In this document: positions 37,510-43,511 of the stretch, piece after piece | Layout of the letters: each line of letters begins with the position of its first letter | Numbering within the stretch: the stretch's first letter is position 1 | IMG/VR virus record: IMGVR_UViG_2529292919_000025 | Origin: a virus | Lineage: Duplodnaviria > Heunggongvirae > Uroviricota > Caudoviricetes | Length of the DNA: 43,511 nucleotides | Strand: one strand, 5' to 3' | The notes under the pieces: generated by a model | Told to the model about the DNA's origin: nothing | The model's input: the letters and a program-made list of their open reading frames with translations, nothing else | Databases searched by the model: none | Translations under genes and position numbers: made by a program

Positions 37510-37806
37510 ATGACACGGAACACCATACTCACCCGCACCGCCCTCTACCGTCTGGCCCTGCAGCGTTTCGGGCCGGACGCACAGGCCCTGAAACTGACAG
37601 AAGAGGCCGCAGAACTGGCGGCCAGTGCTGCCCGCAATCTGAACGGACAGGGCAGCGAAAGTGACCTCGCGGCAGAGCTGGCAGACGTGGAAATCATGAC
37701 AGAGCAATTGCGCCTTCAGGGGATGGACCGGCTGATTGACTTCCACAAACAGAAAAAACTGGAACGTCTGGCTGCACGACTGGGCGTGATTTACACGAAC
37801 GAGTAA
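37510..37806 (+). CDS. MazG-like nucleotide pyrophosphohydrolase domain protein
   Basis: 98 aa; EEAAELAAS and ELADVEIMTEQL acidic helix motifs typical of all-alpha NTP pyrophosphatases. Confidence 0.55.
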   Translation: MTRNTILTRTALYRLALQRFGPDAQALKLTEEAAELAASAARNLNGQGSESDLAAELADVEIMTEQLRLQGMDRLIDFHKQKKLERLAARLGVIYTNE

Positions 37807-37820
37807 CCGGGAGGCATTCA

Positions 37821-38036
37821 ATGGCTGACATACTCAGGGAAATCACCGCATGGACACTGATTCTTACTGGCCTGGCGACATGCCTCAGTGCGGGGGCAGC
37901 CCTGGCTGCCCTGCTGATGCACATAACAACACAGTGGTTATGGGAAAAGCTTAAAGCAGCATACAGCCTGAAAGAGCTGTCCGACGCTGTCCGGGCATGG
38001 AAACGGCAGAAAAATACCGGAGATACAGAACAATGA
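37821..38036 (+). CDS. Small membrane protein
   Basis: 71 aa with hydrophobic helix WTLILTGLATCLSAGAALAALLM. Confidence 0.4.
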   Translation: MADILREITAWTLILTGLATCLSAGAALAALLMHITTQWLWEKLKAAYSLKELSDAVRAWKRQKNTGDTEQ

Positions 38037-38716
38037 CAGACCAGAATAAACACATTGAGAAACTGAAAAAGTTGCTGGCGCTGGCCGCATCCGGCAACCC
38101 GCACGAGGCCGCTCTGGCACTGCGCCGAGCCCGTAAACTGATGGATGTTCACGGCATCACACATTCCGACATTGCTATGAGTGATATTGATGAAACCATC
38201 AGTCATTACTGGCCGACAGGCAGTCTCCGTCCACCGCGCTACATGCTGGGCCTGATGAACATCATCCGCGAGGCATTTGGTGTTAACTCCATCATTCACC
38301 CCGGCACGCATCCGTCTGTGGGGTTCTACGGTAACCGGGAACGAGCGGCACTGGCTGCGTACACCTGGGAAGTGCTGGTCCGCCAACTGAAAAAGGCGCG
38401 TCAGCAGTATATCAGCGCACAGAACAAAAGAATAAAAAACGCCACCCGTACCAGCCGTGGAAACCAGTTTGCTGAAGGCTGGGTACTGGCCGTTATCAGT
38501 GAAATACAGTCCTTTGCCCTGACCGATGATGAGCGTGAACTGATGCAACAGTGGCTGGAACATAAATACCCGCAAACGCAAACCACCAGGGCGCGTAAAC
38601 CGGGAAGAAGCCGCAATGGCGACGCCTCGCGCTATGCGGGGTTTCGTGAAGGGCAGAACGTCAGACTGCACCGCCCGGTCAGTGGGCAGGAACAACAGAA
38701 ACTGGAGGCCAGATGA
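38033..38716 (+). CDS. Hypothetical early protein (conserved phage N-terminal helical domain)
   Basis: ATG at 38033 (MTDQNKHIEKLKKLLALA...); track ORF starts earlier at 37997. Confidence 0.5.
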   Translation: MTDQNKHIEKLKKLLALAASGNPHEAALALRRARKLMDVHGITHSDIAMSDIDETISHYWPTGSLRPPRYMLGLMNIIREAFGVNSIIHPGTHPSVGFYGNRERAALAAYTWEVLVRQLKKARQQYISAQNKRIKNATRTSRGNQFAEGWVLAVISEIQSFALTDDERELMQQWLEHKYPQTQTTRARKPGRSRNGDASRYAGFREGQNVRLHRPVSGQEQQKLEAR

Positions 38717-38943
38717 TTACGCTATCAGGTAACAGCCGGAAATTAAAAGCCTGCCGAATATCTGCCAGATACCTTTTTGCCCGCGCCTTTTTTAAGAACG
38801 TCAGGCCGGGGATCACAATTGGTGTTATTGCCGGACGCGAACAGGTTGAAAAATACATGTCAGGTGCATGGTGGAATAACGACCCTGTCATTGCTGCCCG
38901 TAATATTCATATCAGTTGGGGGGATATTCAGAATGACGGCTGA
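38713..38943 (+). CDS. Hypothetical small protein
   Basis: 76 aa, start overlaps upstream stop. Confidence 0.35.
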   Translation: MITLSGNSRKLKACRISARYLFARAFFKNVRPGITIGVIAGREQVEKYMSGAWWNNDPVIAARNIHISWGDIQNDG

Positions 38944-39148
38944 ATCTGTTGTATGTGCCCTGTTCTGGTATTGTTTTGTCGGTTGGTGTACTGCTGAACT
39001 GCACCGCCGTTCAGGGTTTTATTCACGTTACAGTGGTGCCGGCTACTGGATTAGCTGGTCGGTGATGTTCCTGTGCTGGCCTGTGGCGCTTCCTTTATAT
39101 GTCGATTATATCGGTGGCGCAGGTAAAAGGAGCAACGATGATGACTAA
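38933..39148 (+). CDS. Small membrane protein; start trimmed to internal ATG
   Basis: ATG at 38933 (MTAESVVCALFWYCFVGW...), two hydrophobic segments; track ORF 38777-39148 overlaps the previous gene in another frame. Confidence 0.4.
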   Translation: MTAESVVCALFWYCFVGWCTAELHRRSGFYSRYSGAGYWISWSVMFLCWPVALPLYVDYIGGAGKRSNDDD

Positions 39149-39590
39149 ACAACGTCTTATCCAGCTCATTCATATTGCCCGTAATGAACTGGGTATGGAT
39201 GAAGACACCTACCGCCAGATGTTACAGGGGCTGACCGGTAAAGCCTCAACCAAAGGAATGGATACCACACAACTAAACTGCGTGCTGGAATCCATGAAAA
39301 GGAAAGGCTTTCGCGTTAAGCCTGCCGGAAAAGCCAGCTCAGGTTTACCGCTGGATAACCATCCGCAGTCCAGGAAAATCCGTGCGCTATGGCTTGAAAT
39401 GGCTGCTGCCGGCATTGTTCGTGACCGTTCAGAAAATGCATTAGCGCGGTGGATCAAGCGGGAAACGGGCATCAGCGCCCTGCGCTGGCTCAATACTGAA
39501 CAGGCAAGCAGTGTTATTGAGAAACTGAAGAAGTGGCAGCACAGAGCTGCGGGAGTAAAACATGAGCGACCTGAATCAGTTTCGAAGTAA
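39138..39590 (+). CDS. gemA: GemA-like protein (Mu gp16 family)
   Basis: ATG at 39138 preceded by AAAGGAG; GemA-like sequence and position immediately before Mor. Confidence 0.6.
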   Translation: MMTKQRLIQLIHIARNELGMDEDTYRQMLQGLTGKASTKGMDTTQLNCVLESMKRKGFRVKPAGKASSGLPLDNHPQSRKIRALWLEMAAAGIVRDRSENALARWIKRETGISALRWLNTEQASSVIEKLKKWQHRAAGVKHERPESVSK

Positions 39591-39951
39591 AGGGCCGGAA
39601 CTCCTGGTGGAACTGGCACAGCATACCTCTGAGACCGTTCGCGAGATTATTGATATTGAGCCCGCAATTGCCGACCAGATTGGTCAGGCCGTCGCGAACC
39701 GCATGATGCAGGTCTGGGGCGGGCAAAACGTTTATTTCCCGATGGGCATGGTATGGAAGGTCAGTCAGCGCGACCGGGAAATCTTCAGGGAGTTTAACGG
39801 ACGTAACCACCATGAACTGGCCCGCAAATTTGGTGTTTCGCTTCAGTGGGTCTACAGCGTGGTTAAGCGGGTAAGAAAAGAAGAACTGGATCGGATGCAG
39901 GGCAAGCTATTTGCTGATGAACCCGATGTAGATACGGAGAAAAAAGAGTAA
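39562..39951 (+). CDS. mor: Mor/C-family transcription activator
   Basis: 129 aa with C-terminal HTH ELARKFGVSLQWVYSVVKR; last gene before the prophage end. Confidence 0.7.
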   Translation: MSDLNQFRSKGPELLVELAQHTSETVREIIDIEPAIADQIGQAVANRMMQVWGGQNVYFPMGMVWKVSQRDREIFREFNGRNHHELARKFGVSLQWVYSVVKRVRKEELDRMQGKLFADEPDVDTEKKE

Positions 39952-39980
39952 TATCTGCAATCAGGCTGGAGCGAGTTCTG

Positions 39981-40117
<137 letters not shown>

Positions 40118-40130
40118 TAGCTAACTATTC

Positions 40131-40160
40131 AGGCACAGTATCATTACTGTGCCTTTTTAT
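40131..40160 (+). terminator. Rho-independent terminator, probably of the orphan island gene 1356-2321 displaced by the prophage
   Basis: GGCACAGTA-tcat-TACTGTGCC followed by TTTTTATT; lies 20 nt past the orphan gene's stop in the reconstructed empty site. Confidence 0.6.
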
Positions 40161-40227
40161 TGTTCATATATGTACAGATACTTCCTCCCGTAACGAAGCA
40201 ACAACTATCGCTAAGAGGTTACGGGAA

Positions 40228-40235
40228 GCATGAAC
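40228..40235. repeat. IS66 target-site duplication GCATGAAC, left copy
   Basis: Identical 8-mer at 42937-42944 immediately outside the other IS end. Confidence 0.6.
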
Positions 40236-40265
40236 GTAAGCGACTCGTCAGAACCGTATTGATAT

Positions 40266-41837
40266 TTACTGAGAGCTCAGATCAACTTTCCAGGGCAACA
40301 GATCGCGTACCCGGTTTGCCGGCCAGTCCTGGATATGTTCAATGACGTAACGCAGCCACTTTTCTGGCTCCACATTGTTCAGACGGCATGTGCCGATCAG
40401 CGAGTACAACACCGCCGCATGTTCACCACCGCTGTCGGAACCCGCGAACATCCAGTTTTTCCGGCCTACGGCCACTCCCCGTAAGGCGTTCTCTGCGATG
40501 TTGTTGTCGATTTCCACCCAGCCATTACTGCAGTACACGTTCAGTGCATCCCACTGTTTCAGCAGGTATGCGAACGCTTTTGCCGTATCTGAGTGACGCG
40601 ACAGTGTTTTCATCTGTTGCTGTATCCAGTCATACAGTGACTGCATCAGTGGCGCGGCTCTGGCTTTTCTTGCCGCCAGACGCTGTTCTGCTGAACAGCC
40701 CCGGACCTCTGCCTCGATGGCATACAGTTCACCGATACGCTGCAGGGCTTCCGTGGTGATGTAGGTGGGCGCTCTTGCATGCACATCGTGGATTTTTCTC
40801 CGGGCATGAGCCATACACGCGGCTTCCGTTATTCTGCCGGATTCGTATAACGCCCGGTAACCACCGTAAGCATCGGCCTGAAGCACACCGCTGTAACCGG
40901 CCAGGTGATTTTGTGGATGGATACCTTTCCGGTCCGGACTGTACGCGAACCAGACCGCCGGGGGCATCTGTGAACCGGCGTTACGGTCATCACGGACGTA
41001 GACCCACAGCCGGGCTGTCCGGGTTTTACCGCTGCCCGGCTCCTGGACCGGGACGGGGATATCATCAGCATGGACTTTACCGGGCATCAGCACATACTGG
41101 CGCAGGACGTCATACAGCGGCTCCAGCAGTTCAGCAACAGCACCTGTCCAGCGCCCCAGTGTGGCACGGCTCAGCTCCACTCCCTGACGACGGTATATTT
41201 CTGACTGGCGGTATAACGGCAGATGGTCTGCATATTTCCCGGTGACAACATGGGCCAGAAGCCCCGCTCCGGCATAACTGCGTGCAATGGGTTTTGAAGG
41301 TACTGGTGCCTGCACGATATGGTCGCACCGGCAACAGGCCTGTTTCGGACGTTGTGTTTCGATAACCTTAAAGGCGCTGCTGATAAGCTCCAGTTGCTCT
41401 GACACATCACATCCCAGAGAACTGAGTTCACCACCACAGGCAGGACAGCATTCCTCTTCCGGCCGGATAACCCGGGTTTCACGGGGAAGTGAGGCCGGTA
41501 ACGGTTTACGGGCTGAAGACTGGCGCAGGGCGGATGGCAGTACCGGGTCATATTGCTCACCCAGCGTTTCCGCCATTTCTTCCTGAAGTGCGCTGATTCG
41601 CTCCTGTGCTTCCTGTATCTGCCGTTCGGTTTTTGCACGAAGTTTTTCTGAGCTTTTACCGAACTGCATACGTTGCAGTTTCGCAACCAGCGCCTTCAGC
41701 CGGTTGATTTCGGAAGCATAAGCCGCCACCCGCTGTGAGAGCAGGCGGTTGTATTCAGCCATCTGGCGGATGGTGTCCTGTTGCGTCTGCAACAGTGCCC
41801 GCAGGCGGGCGTTCTCATGAGCAAGTGAGGTGTCCAT
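40266..41837 (-). CDS. tnpC: IS66-family transposase TnpC
   Basis: 523 aa, N-terminal coiled coil/leucine zipper, Cys-rich zinc-finger-like segment, IS66 transposase sequence character. Confidence 0.8.
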   Translation of the reverse strand: MDTSLAHENARLRALLQTQQDTIRQMAEYNRLLSQRVAAYASEINRLKALVAKLQRMQFGKSSEKLRAKTERQIQEAQERISALQEEMAETLGEQYDPVLPSALRQSSARKPLPASLPRETRVIRPEEECCPACGGELSSLGCDVSEQLELISSAFKVIETQRPKQACCRCDHIVQAPVPSKPIARSYAGAGLLAHVVTGKYADHLPLYRQSEIYRRQGVELSRATLGRWTGAVAELLEPLYDVLRQYVLMPGKVHADDIPVPVQEPGSGKTRTARLWVYVRDDRNAGSQMPPAVWFAYSPDRKGIHPQNHLAGYSGVLQADAYGGYRALYESGRITEAACMAHARRKIHDVHARAPTYITTEALQRIGELYAIEAEVRGCSAEQRLAARKARAAPLMQSLYDWIQQQMKTLSRHSDTAKAFAYLLKQWDALNVYCSNGWVEIDNNIAENALRGVAVGRKNWMFAGSDSGGEHAAVLYSLIGTCRLNNVEPEKWLRYVIEHIQDWPANRVRDLLPWKVDLSSQ

Positions 41838-41856
41838 ATCCTCACTTTACAACGGG

Positions 41857-42204
41857 TTATATGCGGATTCCAGCGCGTTCCGTTCGTTTCGGGTGCTTCC
41901 AGTTGATACCTTCAAGAAGCATGGATAACTGAGCCGGAGTAAGGTGCACCTTGCCGTCACGGGTGACTGGCCAGACGAAGCGGCCCCGCTCCAGGCGTTT
42001 GGTGAAGAGGCACAGTCCGTCACTGTCAGCCCACAACACTTTTATCTGGTCACCCCGGCGTCCGCGGAAGATGAACAGGTGTCCGGAGAACGGGTCATCC
42101 TTCAGGACGTTCTGAACTTTTGATGCCAGGCCGTTAAAGCCATTTCGCATATCGGTGATACCTGCAACCAGCCAGATACGCGAACCTGCAGGGAGAGATA
42201 TCAT
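41857..42204 (-). CDS. tnpB: IS66-family TnpB (Orf2)
   Basis: 115 aa with sequence character of IS66 Orf2 proteins. Confidence 0.75.
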   Translation of the reverse strand: MISLPAGSRIWLVAGITDMRNGFNGLASKVQNVLKDDPFSGHLFIFRGRRGDQIKVLWADSDGLCLFTKRLERGRFVWPVTRDGKVHLTPAQLSMLLEGINWKHPKRTERAGIRI

Positions 42205-42366
42205 CAGTGGCTGCTCCCTTTTATTTCGCGGATAAGTGTCTGTAATAACGCCGGCGTCAGTTTACCTTTAAGCCTGAGAGTTCCGGCCGGCAGAACCAGC
42301 TCACAACACAGACTGTCGGACGGTGTATTTATCTGCTCTGGTTCCTGTGCGGGGGCCGGGATTTTA

Positions 42367-42786
42367 TTATTCCGGCTCCGGCGTTAACGTCACGGGAAGC
42401 AGTGCCGGCATATTTTTTCCGGAAGGCAGCAGGCCACCTTTCCGGTATTGATGGCGCCAGTTGAAGAGCAGGTTATCGTTGATTCCGTTTTCCCGGGCGA
42501 TCTGCGCCACACAGGCTCCGGGCTGCAGTGACTGCTCCACTAAGGCGATTTTAAACTCATAAGGGAAGTTGGGCCGCCGGGGACGTTTTTTTACCACGGG
42601 GGCTTCGGATATAACGGTGCTTTCAGGACGTACGACTGGTACCGTGGAAAATTGTCCGTAAAGGCAGGCATCAAGTTCCTGCTCCGACATGCCTGCGGGC
42701 AAAGGCCACGAAAGGCCAGCTCTCCGAAAGCGCACGAACATACTACAAACTGTTGATTTTGGTACACCCAGGCGACGCCCGGCCAC
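42367..42786 (-). CDS. tnpA: IS66-family TnpA (Orf1); true start uncertain
   Basis: C-terminal RRPNFPYEFKIALVEQSLQPGACVAQIARENGINDNLLFNWR HTH pattern. Confidence 0.6.
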   Translation of the reverse strand: MAGRRLGVPKSTVCSMFVRFRRAGLSWPLPAGMSEQELDACLYGQFSTVPVVRPESTVISEAPVVKKRPRRPNFPYEFKIALVEQSLQPGACVAQIARENGINDNLLFNWRHQYRKGGLLPSGKNMPALLPVTLTPEPE

Positions 42787-42936
42787 AACCCGGGGTAAAT
42801 GTTCTTCAAAGTGTAAGACGTAAAGCTTCAGTGATCCAGGTCCGGTGTTTCATACGATAGTGTCCATTAAAAATGATGGACATTATTTTTGTAGAGCCGG
42901 AGGAAACAGACCAGACGGTTTAAATGAGCCGGTTAC

Positions 42937-42944
42937 GCATGAAC
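42937..42944. repeat. IS66 target-site duplication GCATGAAC, right copy (contains alpA ATG)
   Basis: See 40228-40235. Confidence 0.6.
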
Positions 42945-43142
42945 ACCGACACTATTCCTACAAAAGGCTATATCAGACGCTTCCGCCTGGCTGAATTGCT
43001 GGGCGTTAGTGTATCCACCATCGACCGTAAAGTAAGAAACGGTTCACTACCACGTCCGGTAAAGCTGGGAGAAAAAATAACTGCGTTTGATGCGGTTGAG
43101 ATTCACAACTGGCTGGCAGAACGCCGCGGGAAGGTGGCCTGA
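42939..43142 (+). CDS. alpA: AlpA-family phage/island transcriptional regulator (excisionase-like)
   Basis: RLAELLGVSVSTIDRKVRNGSLPRPVKLGEKITAFDAVEIHNWL; ATG at 42939 lies in the IS66 target duplication; track start 42924 is inside the IS end. Confidence 0.7.
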   Translation: MNTDTIPTKGYIRRFRLAELLGVSVSTIDRKVRNGSLPRPVKLGEKITAFDAVEIHNWLAERRGKVA

Positions 43143-43208
43143 TGGAAAAGAAAAACCGCCCATTACAGGCGGCTAATTCAGATATTCGCGTATCTGATGT
43201 TACGCCCC

Positions 43209-43511
<303 letters not shown>

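Larger units (their letters stand above)
40236..42936 (-). mobile_element. IS66-family insertion sequence (~2.7 kb)
   Basis: Three same-strand ORFs tnpA-tnpB-tnpC; ends begin GTAAGCG / GTAACCG (about 17 of 27 terminal bases match as inverted repeats); 8-bp direct repeats. Confidence 0.75.

Noticed and set aside
37694-38695. 333-aa minus-strand ORF
   Set aside because: Antisense across several tightly overlapping plus-strand early genes; Cys/Arg-rich junk-like translation.
43152-43175. Short hairpin ACCGCC-cattaca-GGCGGC after alpA as a terminator
   Set aside because: Stem is short and imperfect and a T-run exists only on the opposite strand; insufficient support.

Overview
This window is a stack of nested mobile elements in an enterobacterial-type accessory region. 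All product calls come from reading motifs in the supplied translations; no database search or computation was run. (1) Bases 1-2321 together with 40112-40235 and 42937-43142 look like the remnant of a small P4-type integrase island: integrase, one visibly AT-rich orphan gene, its displaced terminator, and alpA. (2) Bases 2325-40111 are an apparently intact ~37.8-kb Mu-like transposable myovirus prophage. It is bounded by imperfect terminal inverted repeats (5'-TGAT-N8-(C/A)GATAAATG at both ends, TG...CA termini) and a TAGAG(T) direct repeat, and sits exactly between the stop codon of the orphan gene and that gene's terminator. Its late genes are all on the minus strand (lysis cassette with embedded Rz1, terminase, portal, Mu-type head, sheath/tube, tape measure, baseplate, tail fibre). 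At the left end a Hin/Gin-family invertase is paired with a four-site, four-cassette tail-fibre shufflon. A central accessory block (P-loop NTPase, two small ORFs, orphan Dam-like methyltransferase) lies beside an XRE repressor / Cro-like switch with a perfect palindromic operator. The early operon on the plus strand carries a DDE transposase, MuB-like AAA+ ATPase, Gam, a MazG-like protein, GemA and Mor. (3) Bases 40236-42936 are an IS66-family element with 8-bp target duplication, inserted at the alpA start codon. (4) From 43304 to the window end is the 5' part of an IS21-family (IS100-like) istA. I saw no rRNA, tRNA or CRISPR array by eye. The most interesting candidates for something undescribed are the integrase-adjacent orphan gene (1356-2321) and the prophage's central accessory block (28506-30783); neither has a function I can assign.
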